Part shown: in pieces, positions 8,118 through 17,350 of the stretch
Position numbering within the stretch: position 1 is the first letter of the stretch
Layout of the letters: each line of letters starts with the position of its first letter
Source of the DNA: an uncultured Chloroflexia bacterium
GTDB taxonomy: Bacteria; Chloroflexota; Limnocylindria; QHBO01
Reading direction: 5' to 3'
NCBI GenBank assembly: GCA_963787025.1
Contig: CAWBBG010000006.1
Location: 922-64,921, forward strand
DNA length: 64,000 nt
Notes under the pieces: generated by a model
What the model saw: only the letters and a program-made list of their open reading frames with translations
The model's database searches: none
Told to the model about the DNA's origin: nothing
Translations under genes and position numbers: made by a program

Positions 8118-9428
8118 TCAGGGCAGGTACCCGAGAGGGTTCCGCCAGGCGCCGTTGAGGTTCACCGCGAAGTGCAGATGGCACCCGGTGGCGAACCCGG
8201 TGGCTCCCTCGTAGCCGATGACCTGACCGCGAACCACGCTCTGGCCGGGGTGGACGACGACCCGCGCCAGCATGTGCCAGTACCACGTCTGCAGCCCACC
8301 GCCATGGTTGATGATCACGCCGTAGCCATAGTCGTACGGGTAGAGCGGCTGCCCGGAAGCGGCCACCACCCCGTTCGCCGCTGCCTTGATGGGCGTCCCG
8401 CAGCCGTGGGCCATGTCGAGACCGGTGTGGAAGTGCTTGTAGCCGGCGTATGACGGCTCCATGTAGAAGGTGGTCGGCCCGTAGTACTGGGTGATGGTGG
8501 TGGGGTACTCCGGCCAGATGAAGCCGCCCGGCCCCACCAGCGAAGCGGCCGCCTGCTCCGCCTGCAGGCGCTTGACGAGCGCCGCCTGGGCGGTCGCCGC
8601 CGCCTGCACCGCGGCGATCGACTTCTTCAGGTTCGCCTGGGCGGACAGCGAGGCGTTGAGCTTTGCTTCCTGGTTGGCCTTCTCCTGCTCCCACTGCTTC
8701 TTGAGCTTGGCGAGCTGCGCCTGGAGCGAGGTGAGCTCAGCCTGCTGGGCCGTGAGCTGGGTCTGCTGGTCTTTCGCCTGGGTGCGCGCATCGGCCAGGG
8801 CCACGCGGCCATCGGTGAGCTCCTGCTGCTTGGTCGCGAGCTCTTCGCGAATCCTCTGGATCTCGCTGGCAAGCGCCTTGTCCTGGTCTGAGACGGTCAG
8901 CAGGTAGCCGACCTGGTTCGTCGCCTCGTCCAGGGATCGGGCGGACAGGAGGATCTCGAGCAGCGAGGTCTGGCTCTGCTCGTAGGCGGTGCGCAGGTGA
9001 TCCTGGAGCAGCGACTCTCGCGTCTGCAGCTCCGCGGTCTGCACCGTGATCTCGTCGGCGACCTGCTGCAGCTGCGCATCGAGCTGGGCGATCTGGGTGT
9101 TCAGCGTCTCGAGCTGCGCCTTGACCTCGTCAACCTGGGTGGTGATCTGGTCCACCAGGCCCGAGACCTGCTGGTACTGGGCACTGACCGAGGCAAGCTT
9201 GGTCTTCGCCACGGCGAGGGCGTTGTCGAGCTGCGTGGCGGTGCTGCGGAGCGCTGCGAGCTGCGCGCGTTGCGTCGCGAGGGTGTTGGCGAGCTGCTGC
9301 TGCTTCGCCTTGGCATCCGACAATGGGTCGCCGGCGAGGGTCGTGCTGGCCGGTTGGGTGCCCACCATCATCCAGGCGACGGCGACCAGCGCCACCACGA
9401 GCGCGGTGAGTCGTGTCCGTCGCCTCAT
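8118..9428 (-). CDS. secreted coiled-coil M23 (LytM-type) peptidoglycan metalloendopeptidase
   Basis: ORF 8118..9428 (436 aa). N-terminal anchor MRRRTRLTALVVALVAVAWMM, about 270 aa of Gln/Ala/Leu-rich coiled coil, and a C-terminal M23 domain with catalytic HTGLD and HLHF motifs. Confidence 0.88.
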   Translation of the reverse strand: MRRRTRLTALVVALVAVAWMMVGTQPASTTLAGDPLSDAKAKQQQLANTLATQRAQLAALRSTATQLDNALAVAKTKLASVSAQYQQVSGLVDQITTQVDEVKAQLETLNTQIAQLDAQLQQVADEITVQTAELQTRESLLQDHLRTAYEQSQTSLLEILLSARSLDEATNQVGYLLTVSDQDKALASEIQRIREELATKQQELTDGRVALADARTQAKDQQTQLTAQQAELTSLQAQLAKLKKQWEQEKANQEAKLNASLSAQANLKKSIAAVQAAATAQAALVKRLQAEQAAASLVGPGGFIWPEYPTTITQYYGPTTFYMEPSYAGYKHFHTGLDMAHGCGTPIKAAANGVVAASGQPLYPYDYGYGVIINHGGGLQTWYWHMLARVVVHPGQSVVRGQVIGYEGATGFATGCHLHFAVNLNGAWRNPLGYLP

Positions 9429-9529
9429 GCGGCGCTCTTCCCGATTGCGTGCAATGCGCGGATGCCCCGGTGTTACGTGTGCCGCGACGCATCGTACAGA
9501 AGATCGACGGCCGCGTGACAGACCTGAAT

Positions 9530-9546
9530 GTACTACACCGTAGTAC
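9530..9546. other. 17-bp perfect palindrome between yihY and the M23 peptidase gene
   Basis: GTACTAC-acc-GTAGTAC, AT-rich for this genome. It lies 7 nt downstream of the yihY stop and about 100 nt upstream of the peptidase start. It could be a weak terminator hairpin or a protein-binding site. Confidence 0.3.
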
Positions 9547-9552
9547 CTGAGA

Positions 9553-10494
9553 CTACCTCGCCGGTCCGGCGGGTGGCTCCACAGGCTCGGTGGTCGGGGT
9601 CTGTCCAGCCCTGGCGCCCCGCGCGCTCGCGTCCGCCTCGAGCGCTCCGGCCCGCACCAGCTCTGCCCCGAGAAGGAGGATCACACTCGAGAAGTAGAGA
9701 AAGACGAGGACCGAAATCGCCGTCCCGATGGGCCCAAAAAGCGTGTCGTACTTCGCGACGCTGGTGGCGTAGTACGTGAAGCCGATCCGGAGCGCCGTCC
9801 ACAGGATGGTGGCAAGCAGCGCCCCCGGCCAGGCCTCTGCCACCGTCACGGGTCGGTTGGGTACCACGCGGTAGAGGATGAGGAACGCGAAGAAGACAAG
9901 GCCGACGGGGATCAGGAAGGTGATCACGGAGAAGGTGGCGGCGGTCCCCGGGACGGTCAGGGCGGACGAGATGGTGCTTTGGAGGATCCTCGTCACCAAA
10001 CCGAGCGCAACCGATGCGGCGGCCAGGATGCCCGTCGCGGCCAGCAGCGCCAGGCCGATCAGGCGATCCTTCCAGAAGGCCCGCTTCGGGGCGAGGACGA
10101 AGACCCGGCTGATGCCCGAGCTGAGGGCACCGAAGGCGCCCAGGGCGGACCACAGGAGGAGCGCCACGCCGATGACTCCCACCCCTCCCCGTGCCGCCAC
10201 GGCACGGTCGATGAGCGAGCCGATCTGGCCCGCGTCCACCGGCAGCGCGTGCGCCACCCGGTCGATGACGAACGTCCGCGCGGTGCCCGCGCCCACGATG
10301 TAGCTGGCGGCCACCACCCCCAGGATGAACACGTTCACCAGCGACAGGGTGATGAAGTAGGCCATGGCGCCGGCGTACTGGAGCGCCTCGTGCTTGAAGA
10401 AGCCGGTAGCCATCGCCCGTGTCACCCGGGTCGTCCGGTAACGCCCCGACCACTGGTCCAGGCGCGCGATGCTGCGGCGGACGCGATCCCTCAT
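9553..10494 (-). CDS. YihY/BrkB family membrane protein
   Basis: ORF 9553..10494 (313 aa). ALQYAGAMAYFITLSLVNVFILGV and six hydrophobic segments typical of YihY (formerly called RNase BN-like). A GGAGGGAG Shine-Dalgarno sits directly before the ATG. Confidence 0.8.
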   Translation of the reverse strand: MRDRVRRSIARLDQWSGRYRTTRVTRAMATGFFKHEALQYAGAMAYFITLSLVNVFILGVVAASYIVGAGTARTFVIDRVAHALPVDAGQIGSLIDRAVAARGGVGVIGVALLLWSALGAFGALSSGISRVFVLAPKRAFWKDRLIGLALLAATGILAAASVALGLVTRILQSTISSALTVPGTAATFSVITFLIPVGLVFFAFLILYRVVPNRPVTVAEAWPGALLATILWTALRIGFTYYATSVAKYDTLFGPIGTAISVLVFLYFSSVILLLGAELVRAGALEADASARGARAGQTPTTEPVEPPAGPAR

Positions 10495-10532
10495 CTCCCT
10501 CCAAGGCTACTCATCTCGGCTAGGCTGTCACA

Positions 10533-11933
10533 ATGCCGGGCCGCACGTCGGAGACCATCGAGCTCGACGGGTTCGCGGTCACCATCTCCAACCCGGGCAA
10601 GGTCTTCTTCCCCCGCATCGGCCTACCAAGCACGACCTGGTCACGTACTACCTCGACGTCGCGGACGGTGCTCTTCGCGGAGTCCGCGACCGGCCGATGG
10701 CGCTCAAGCGGTTCGTGAACGGCACCGGGGGGGAGGCGTTCTTCCAGAAGCGGGCACCGGCATCGGTCCCGGAGTTCGTGCGGACCGTGGAGCTGCTCGT
10801 TCCCGTCCGGCCGCACCGCCGACGAGGTGGTCGTGTCGAACCGCGCGGCGCTGGCCTGGGTCGTGAACCTCGGCTGCGTCGACCTCAACCCGCACCCCAT
10901 CCGCGACGACGACATCGACCATCCCGACGAGCTGCGGGTGGACCTCGACCCGGGGCCCGGCGTCCTGTGGGAGGACGTGCGACAGGTTGCCCTTGCCGTC
11001 CGCGAGGTCCTCAGCGACCACGGCCTGGCTGGCTGGCCCAAGACCTCCGGCTCGCGCGGGATCCACGTCTACGCGCGGATCGAGCGGCGCTGGGGCTATG
11101 CGGAGGTACGCAACGCGGCCGTTGCGCTCGCGCGCGAGGTCGAGCGGCGCGTCCCGGCCATCGCCACCAGCAAGTGGTGGAAGGAAGAGCGGCACGGCGT
11201 CTTCATCGACTACAACCAGAACGCCAAGGACCGCACGGTGGCGTCGGCCTACTCCGTGCGTCCCGTGCCCGAGGCGCGGGTGAGCGCACCCCTCACCTGG
11301 GACGAGCTTCCCGAGGCGGAGCTGGGCGACTTCACGCTGCGCACCATGCCGGCGCGCTACGCGCGGCTCGGCGACGTGGGCGCCGGGATCGACGACGCGG
11401 TGGGGTCCCTGGATGCCCTCCTGGAGCTCGGCGCGCGCCAGGCCGCCGAGGGCCAGGGCGAGGCGCCCTGGCCGCCGCACTACGCGAAGGCGCCAGGGGA
11501 GCCGCCACGCGTCCAGCCGTCGAAGCGGCGGCGAGGCCCCGACCCGCGACCGCCATCCGACCCGTCGGCACCCCGGGGGCGGCGTGGGTCCGTCCCGCCC
11601 GCTCTGCCCTCTGCGGTCGCCCGTGACGCTGGCGGGACCGTCAGTCCCACCGGGCGGCGCCGCTCGCGGCACCCCCTGCTGGTGGTCGCCCAGGCTGCGA
11701 AGAAGGATGACGCGCTGGCGGGCCTGGACCGATGGCGTGATCGCCACCCGGCGGCGGCGCGGCATCTCGCCGTCGACGATGTCCTGGTGGACGGGATGCG
11801 CGGCCGTTTCACGCTCTGGTGGCGGGTGCGGGTGAACCTGCGCCACGTCCCGGAGGACCAGCGTCCAGCCCCGGAGCCGCCCGATCCGGACTACGACCCG
11901 TGGGCCGGCGACCGGGAGGTCGGTCGCCGCTAG
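10533..11933 (+). pseudogene. Prim-PolC-like stand-alone LigD-polymerase-domain (AEP primase-polymerase), reading frame broken twice
   Basis: The conserved sequence runs through three ORF-track pieces. Piece 1 is 10533 to ~10622 (MPGRTSETIELDGFAVTISNPGKVFFPRIG). Piece 2 is ~10623 to ~10798 in the frame of ORF 10469..11626 (TKHDLVTYYLDVADGALRGVRDRPMALKRFVNGTGGEAFFQKRAP). Piece 3 is ~10800 to 11933 in ORF 10827..11933 (FPSGRTADEVVVSNRAALAWVVNLGCVDLNPHP...KTSGSRGIHVY). The C-terminal tail LAGLDRWRDRHPAAARHL...RVNLRHVPEDQRPAPEPPDPDYDPW resembles Prim-PolC. Confidence 0.85.
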
Positions 11934-13936
11934 ACGGCCTCGGCGAGGGGCTCGCCGAACTGGCTCTGGTAGAGGTCGGCGTAGAAGCCGGCGCGGGCCA
12001 TCAGCGAATCGTGGGTCCCCTGCTCCACGATGCGACCGTGGTCCATGACCAGGATCTCGTCGGCGTTGCGGATGGTCGAGAGCCGGTGCGCGATGACGAA
12101 GCTGGTGCGACCGTGCATGAGCCGGCTCATCGCCCGCTGGACCAGGACCTCGGTCCGCGTGTCAACCGAGCTGGTGGCCTCGTCGAGGATCAGGATCTGG
12201 GGATCCGCCAGGAAGGCCCGGGCAATGGTGAGCAGCTGCTTCTCGCCCTGCGACAGGTTCGATGCGTCGTCATCGATCACCGTGTCGTAGCCGTCCGGCA
12301 TGGTCCGCACGAAGTGATCAACGTGCGCGGCCACCGCGGCCGCCACGATCTCCTCCTCGGTCGCGTTCTCTCGCCCGTAGGCGATGTTGTCCCGGATGGT
12401 TCCGCCAAAGAGCCAGGTGTCCTGCAGCACCATCCCGAAGGTGCGGCGCAGGTTTTCGCGGGTGAGCTCGCGCGTGTTGACGCCGTCCACGCGGATGGTC
12501 CCCGCGTCGATCTCGTAGAAGCGCATGAGGAGGTTGACCACCGTCGTCTTGCCGGCCCCGGTGGGGCCCACGATCGCCACCGTCTCGCCCGGCTGGACGC
12601 GGACATTGAGACCATCGAGGAGCGGCACATCGGGGAGGTAGCGGAACGAGACCTCCTCCAGGGCCACCGCACCCTCGACGACGGGCAGGACGCGGGCAGC
12701 CACGACATCGGCCTCCATCTCCGGCTCGTCGAGGAGCTCGAAGACTCGCTCGGCCGAGGCGAGCGTCGACTGCAGGATGTTCATGATGCTCGCGGTCTGG
12801 GCGATGGGCATCGTGAACTGGCGCGAGTACTGGATGAAAGCCTGGACGTCGCCCAGGGTCATCGTCCCCGAGGCCACCTGCAGCCCGCCCACCACGGCGA
12901 TCGCCACGTAGTTCAGGTTGCTGATGAGCTTCATGGTGGGCAGGATGATCCCGGAGATGAACTGGGCCCGGAAGCTGGCCTGGTAGAGCGATTCGTTCTG
13001 CTCCTCGAAGCGGCGAATGGCGTCCTCGCGATGGCCGAACAGGTTGACGACATTGTGGCCGGTGTGGGTCTCCTCGACGTGCCCGGTGAGGTCCCCGGTC
13101 TCCTTCCACTGCGCCGCAAACTGCTCCTGGGACCGCTTCGCGATCAAGGTGGTGGCCACCCCGGCGACCGGCAGGACCAGCAGTGAGAAGAGCGCCAGCA
13201 GCGGGCTGATGGTGAGCATCATGATCAGCACCCCCAGGAGGGTGAAGACCGCGGAGATGATCTGGGCCATGCTCTGCTGCAGGGTGTTCGCGATGTTGTC
13301 GATGTCGTTCGTCACCCGGCTCAGCGTGTCGCCCCGCGGATGGCTGTCGTAGTACGCCAGCGGGAGTCGCCCCAGCTTGAGATCCACCTCCCGTCGCAGC
13401 CGATAGACCGTACGCTGTGAGACCCCGGCCATGATGTACATCGAGAGCCACTGGAAGACGGAGCCGACCAGGTAGACGCCGGCCAGGATGCCGAGGATGG
13501 TCCCCACCGCGCCGAAGTCGACGCCGACGCCGATGGTGACGTGCATCCCGGAGAGCATGTCCGCAAACTGTCCCCGGTTCTGCTCCCGGAGCGCCTGCTC
13601 CACCACCTGCTGGCTGGTCCCCGGCGCGAAGAACTGCCCGAGCTGCTTGCCGATCAGGCCCTCGAAGAGCCGGTCCGTGGCCATCGCCAGGATGCGCGGG
13701 CCGATGACCTGGGCGACGACGCCCATGATCGCCAGGCCCACCACGACCACCACCTTCGGCATCTCGGGTCGCAGCTCGGCGACCAGGCGACGGAGCGATC
13801 CTCGGAAGTTGCGCGCCTTCTCGCCGGACATGCCCATCCCGCGCATGGGGCCGAAGCCGTGGCCCATGGGACCGCGGCGCGGACCTCCGGGCGGCACCCG
13901 ACCTCCCGACCCGGTGACAGGGCGCGGTCCGCTCAT
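11930..13936 (-). CDS. ABC exporter, fused permease/ATPase (type I exporter half-transporter)
   Basis: ORF 11930..13936 (668 aa). Six-TM domain, then Walker A GPTGAGKTT, signature LSQGEKQLL and Walker B ILILDEATS. Its start overlaps the stop of the upstream partner. Confidence 0.9.
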   Translation of the reverse strand: MSGPRPVTGSGGRVPPGGPRRGPMGHGFGPMRGMGMSGEKARNFRGSLRRLVAELRPEMPKVVVVVGLAIMGVVAQVIGPRILAMATDRLFEGLIGKQLGQFFAPGTSQQVVEQALREQNRGQFADMLSGMHVTIGVGVDFGAVGTILGILAGVYLVGSVFQWLSMYIMAGVSQRTVYRLRREVDLKLGRLPLAYYDSHPRGDTLSRVTNDIDNIANTLQQSMAQIISAVFTLLGVLIMMLTISPLLALFSLLVLPVAGVATTLIAKRSQEQFAAQWKETGDLTGHVEETHTGHNVVNLFGHREDAIRRFEEQNESLYQASFRAQFISGIILPTMKLISNLNYVAIAVVGGLQVASGTMTLGDVQAFIQYSRQFTMPIAQTASIMNILQSTLASAERVFELLDEPEMEADVVAARVLPVVEGAVALEEVSFRYLPDVPLLDGLNVRVQPGETVAIVGPTGAGKTTVVNLLMRFYEIDAGTIRVDGVNTRELTRENLRRTFGMVLQDTWLFGGTIRDNIAYGRENATEEEIVAAAVAAHVDHFVRTMPDGYDTVIDDDASNLSQGEKQLLTIARAFLADPQILILDEATSSVDTRTEVLVQRAMSRLMHGRTSFVIAHRLSTIRNADEILVMDHGRIVEQGTHDSLMARAGFYADLYQSQFGEPLAEAV

Positions 13937-15663
13937 GCGGCCTCTTCCCGGGTGAGCTGCGAGTAGACGATCTCGCGATACGTCTCACAGGTCTCGAGAA
14001 GCTCGGCGTGGGTGCCGACGCCGGCGATGGCCCCGCCATCGAGGACGATGATCCGTTCCGCGTGCATGATGGTTCCCACCCGCTGCGCGACGATGATCAC
14101 GGTGGCGTCCTGGGTCTCCTCGCGCAGCGCGGCGCGGAGGAGCGCATCGGTCCGGAAGTCGAGGGCGCTGAAGCTGTCGTCGAAGACGTAGATCGGCGGC
14201 CGCTTGACGATGGCGCGCGCGATGGCCAGGCGCTGGCGCTGGCCGCCCGAAACGTTGCTGCCGCCCTGCTCGATGGCCGCCTCGAGGCCGCCCGGCATCT
14301 CGGAGACGAAGTCGCGGGACTGCGCGATCTCGAGGGCCTGCCACAGGTCGGCATCGGTTGCCTGCTCGTCGCCGTAGCGCAGGTTGTCTGCCACCGTGCC
14401 GCCGAAGAGGAAGGCCTTCTGCGGTACCTCGCCGATCAGCTGCCACAGGTCCTCCAGGCGCAGCTGACGGATGTCGACCCCGTCGATGGTGACGCTGCCG
14501 GAGGTCACGTCGTAGGCGCGGGTCAGGAGGTTGACGAGCGTCGTCTTGCCGCTGCCGGTCGACCCGATGATCGCCGTCGTGGCGCCCGGCTCGGCCGTGA
14601 AGGTGATGCCGGCGAGCACCGCTTCCTCCGCCCCGGGGTAGCGGAACTCGACCTCGTGGAACTCGACCCGCCCACGCGGGTGGGCCAGCTCGACGGGCGT
14701 CTCGGGATCGTGGAGCGTGGTCTCGGTGTCGAGCACCTCGGCGATCCGTTCGCCGGAGGCCGCGGCCCGCGGCACCATGACGAACATCACCGTCGCCATC
14801 ATCACCGCGAAGAGGATCTGCATCACGTACTGGATGAAGGCGATCAGGTTGCCGATGGGCATCTGCCCCGCATCGATGCGCAGGCCGCCGAACCACATGA
14901 TCGCCACCGTCGACAGGTTCAGGATGGCGAAGAGGGCCGGGATCATCAGGGCGAAGAGCCGGTTGACGCGCAGGGCCGTGTCGGTCAGGTCCTGGTTGGC
15001 GTCGTCGAAGCGGCGCTCCTCGTGCTCGGTGCGCACGAAGGCACGGATCACGCGCACCCCGCTCAGCTTCTCGCGCATGACCTGGTTGATGCGGTCGATC
15101 TTGACCTGCATGGCCCGGAAGAGCGGGAGCGCCCGGGCGGCGAGGGTGCCGATGACCGCGGCCATCAGCGGGATGATCAGCAGCAGGAGGCCGGAAAGCG
15201 GCACGTCCTCGCGGAGCGCCATGATCACCCCGCCGACGGACATGATGGGCGCCATGACCATCACCGTCAGGGACATGACCAGGACCATCTGGACCTGCTG
15301 CACGTCGTTCGTGTTGCGGGTGATCAGCGACGGCGTCCCGAAGCGGTTGATCTCGCGCTGCGAGAAGCCCATGACGCGACGGTAGACGTCGCCGCGCACG
15401 TCACGCCCGAAGGCCATGGCGGTGCGGGCACCGAAGTACACCGCCACCACCGCGCAGATGGCGAGGGCCAGGGTGACGAGGAGCATGAATCCCCCCGTGC
15501 GGGTGATGTAGGCGGTATCGCCCGTGGCGACGCCGTTGTTGATGATGTCGCCCATGAGGCTGGGCAGATAGAGGTTGCCGATCGCTTGGGCCGAGACGAG
15601 GGCGATCACCAGGAGGAGCGGTCGGAGGTAGGGGCGCAGGTAGTGCCGCAGGAGCCGAATCAC
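13933..15663 (-). CDS. ABC exporter, fused permease/ATPase (partner subunit)
   Basis: ORF 13933..15663 (576 aa). Walker A GSTGSGKTT, signature VSGGQRQRL, Walker B IYVFDDSFSALD. 4-bp overlaps with marR upstream and the second ABC gene downstream. Confidence 0.9.
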   Translation of the reverse strand: MIRLLRHYLRPYLRPLLLVIALVSAQAIGNLYLPSLMGDIINNGVATGDTAYITRTGGFMLLVTLALAICAVVAVYFGARTAMAFGRDVRGDVYRRVMGFSQREINRFGTPSLITRNTNDVQQVQMVLVMSLTVMVMAPIMSVGGVIMALREDVPLSGLLLLIIPLMAAVIGTLAARALPLFRAMQVKIDRINQVMREKLSGVRVIRAFVRTEHEERRFDDANQDLTDTALRVNRLFALMIPALFAILNLSTVAIMWFGGLRIDAGQMPIGNLIAFIQYVMQILFAVMMATVMFVMVPRAAASGERIAEVLDTETTLHDPETPVELAHPRGRVEFHEVEFRYPGAEEAVLAGITFTAEPGATTAIIGSTGSGKTTLVNLLTRAYDVTSGSVTIDGVDIRQLRLEDLWQLIGEVPQKAFLFGGTVADNLRYGDEQATDADLWQALEIAQSRDFVSEMPGGLEAAIEQGGSNVSGGQRQRLAIARAIVKRPPIYVFDDSFSALDFRTDALLRAALREETQDATVIIVAQRVGTIMHAERIIVLDGGAIAGVGTHAELLETCETYREIVYSQLTREEAA

Positions 15664-16169
15664 CGCGCGGTGCCGCCTTCCGCTTCCGCGAGCCGCTCGC
15701 GCGCCGCCCGCATTGCCCGGATCCCCTTGAGGAAGGCCGACACCTCCCCTTCGTCCAGTTCGGAGAGCAGACGTCGCATGCGCTCGCGCCGTCGCGCGCC
15801 CAGGTCCCGCGATACGGCCGCGCCGGCCTCAGCGAGGTGAATGGCAACGACGCGTCGGTCATCCTCCTCGCGCTGACGGTGCACCAGCCCCCGTTCCTCC
15901 ATGCGGTCGACGATTCCGGTCGCACTCGCCTGGGAGACGTCGAGCGCCTCCGCCACGGCGCTCATCGAGAGCGGGCCCTGTGCCTCGAGGAGGGCAAGCA
16001 CCGTGAGATGGACGATGCTCAGCGAACCGCGGTGCCAGGCGGAGAACATCCGCAGGCGATCGCTTGGCGCCCAGCCGGTCAGCTCGTCGAGGAGCTCGTC
16101 CGCCGGGAGCCGCGGCGCGTCACCTCCCGGCGGATCTCCCTCGCTCCCGAGGCTAACATTCAATGCCAC
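15660..16169 (-). CDS. MarR family transcriptional regulator
   Basis: ORF 15660..16169 (169 aa). Winged-helix region LSMSAVAEALDVSQASATGIVDRMEERGLVHRQREEDDRRVV. It is the first gene of the ABC exporter operon. Confidence 0.85.
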   Translation of the reverse strand: MALNVSLGSEGDPPGGDAPRLPADELLDELTGWAPSDRLRMFSAWHRGSLSIVHLTVLALLEAQGPLSMSAVAEALDVSQASATGIVDRMEERGLVHRQREEDDRRVVAIHLAEAGAAVSRDLGARRRERMRRLLSELDEGEVSAFLKGIRAMRAARERLAEAEGGTAR

Positions 16170-16323
16170 CCCGAAAGTATAGGTAACACTAAGGACTGGC
16201 TGTCAAGCCGGCCTGCGCGCCGGCGGGCGGCCATCCACTGATGCTGGGCCGATCACCATCGGCCGGAGCTTCGCCGTCGTGGTCCTCGTCCTCGCCTGGC
16301 TATCTGTCCCTGCAGGTCATCTG

Positions 16324-16674
16324 ATGCAGTCGGAGGTATCGGTGTTCTCGTTCTTTCGCAGAAGCACTCCCGAGATCGACGTCGAGGAGCTCGATGAGCT
16401 CCTGCGCGCGGGCGGCGCCCGGGTCCTCGACGTTCGCGAGGGCTGGGAGTATGCCCGCGGGCATATCCGGGGCTCCCTGCACATCCCGCTGGGTCAGCTG
16501 GGAGCCCGCGTGGGCAAGGTGCCGCGAAACAAGCGCGTCCTGGTGATCTGCCAGTCCGGCAACCGGAGCCGCACCGCGACCGACTTCCTCCTTGCGCAGG
16601 GATACGAGGGGACCGCGTCCGTGCGGGGCGGCACGAACGCCTGGGCGCGCAGCCGGCGCAAGCTGGAACGCTGA
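16324..16674 (+). CDS. single-domain rhodanese-like sulfurtransferase
   Basis: ORF 16279..16674; ATG at 16324 is the more likely start. ARVLDVREGWEYARGHIRGSLHIP and the active-site loop CQSGNRS. Confidence 0.85.
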   Translation: MQSEVSVFSFFRRSTPEIDVEELDELLRAGGARVLDVREGWEYARGHIRGSLHIPLGQLGARVGKVPRNKRVLVICQSGNRSRTATDFLLAQGYEGTASVRGGTNAWARSRRKLER

Positions 16675-16737
16675 ACCGGACGCGGCACGAGATCGGACGC
16701 CGAGCGCGTTACCAGGGCCGTACGGCCGCCGGCCACG

Positions 16738-17328
16738 TCAGCCGCGGGCGAGGCGCTGGGTGAGACGAGCCTGAACCGTCGGCCACTCATCGGCCAGGAT
16801 CGAGTAGTAGACGGTGTCGCGGATGAAACCGTCGGGGAGCCGCAGGTGGCGACGCAGGACGCCCTCACGCACGCCGCCCAGCCGCGTGATCGCCGCCTGG
16901 GACTGCAGGTTGCGCCCATCGGTCTTGAGCGCAACGCGCGTGGCGCCCAGCTCCTCGAACGCGTACCGCAGCTGGAGGAGCTTGGCCTCGGTGTTGATCG
17001 CCGTTCGCTGGTGCGAGGGCGCGATCCAGGTCCAGCCGATCTCCAGGCGCCCGTCGGCCGGCGAGATATCGCCGAAGCGGGTGGATCCCACCGCGCGGCC
17101 CGAGGTCCGGTCGACGGTGGCCCACGCGACGTAGCGTCCGGCGGCCACGCCATCGAGCGCCTCGCGCAGCCAGGCGTCCCAGCCGTGGGCCACGATGTTG
17201 GTGCCCATGTATCGGAAGGTGTCCGGATCCTCGCCGGCCGCCGCGACCAGGTCGTCGCGATGCTGTGGACCCAGGGGCTCCAGGCGCGCGTGGATGCCCT
17301 CGAGAACGAGGGGTTTCGGCGTGTTCAT
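16738..17328 (-). CDS. GNAT N-acetyltransferase (RimJ/RimL-like)
   Basis: Inside ORF 16738..17661. The credible start is ATG at 17328 (MNTPKPLVLEGIHARLEPLGPQHRDDL...). Body: EIGWTWIAPSHQRTAINTEAKLLQLRYAFEELGATRVALKTDGRN. Confidence 0.8.
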   Translation of the reverse strand: MNTPKPLVLEGIHARLEPLGPQHRDDLVAAAGEDPDTFRYMGTNIVAHGWDAWLREALDGVAAGRYVAWATVDRTSGRAVGSTRFGDISPADGRLEIGWTWIAPSHQRTAINTEAKLLQLRYAFEELGATRVALKTDGRNLQSQAAITRLGGVREGVLRRHLRLPDGFIRDTVYYSILADEWPTVQARLTQRLARG

Positions 17329-17350
17329 CGCGGTCGCTCCTCCCGCTCGC

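Noticed and set aside
9429-9552. cyclic-di-AMP (ydaO-type) riboswitch upstream of the cell-wall hydrolase gene
   Set aside because: The leader is only about 120 nt, and I could not find the conserved ydaO core segments or the pseudo-two-fold helices. It looks like an ordinary promoter/leader.
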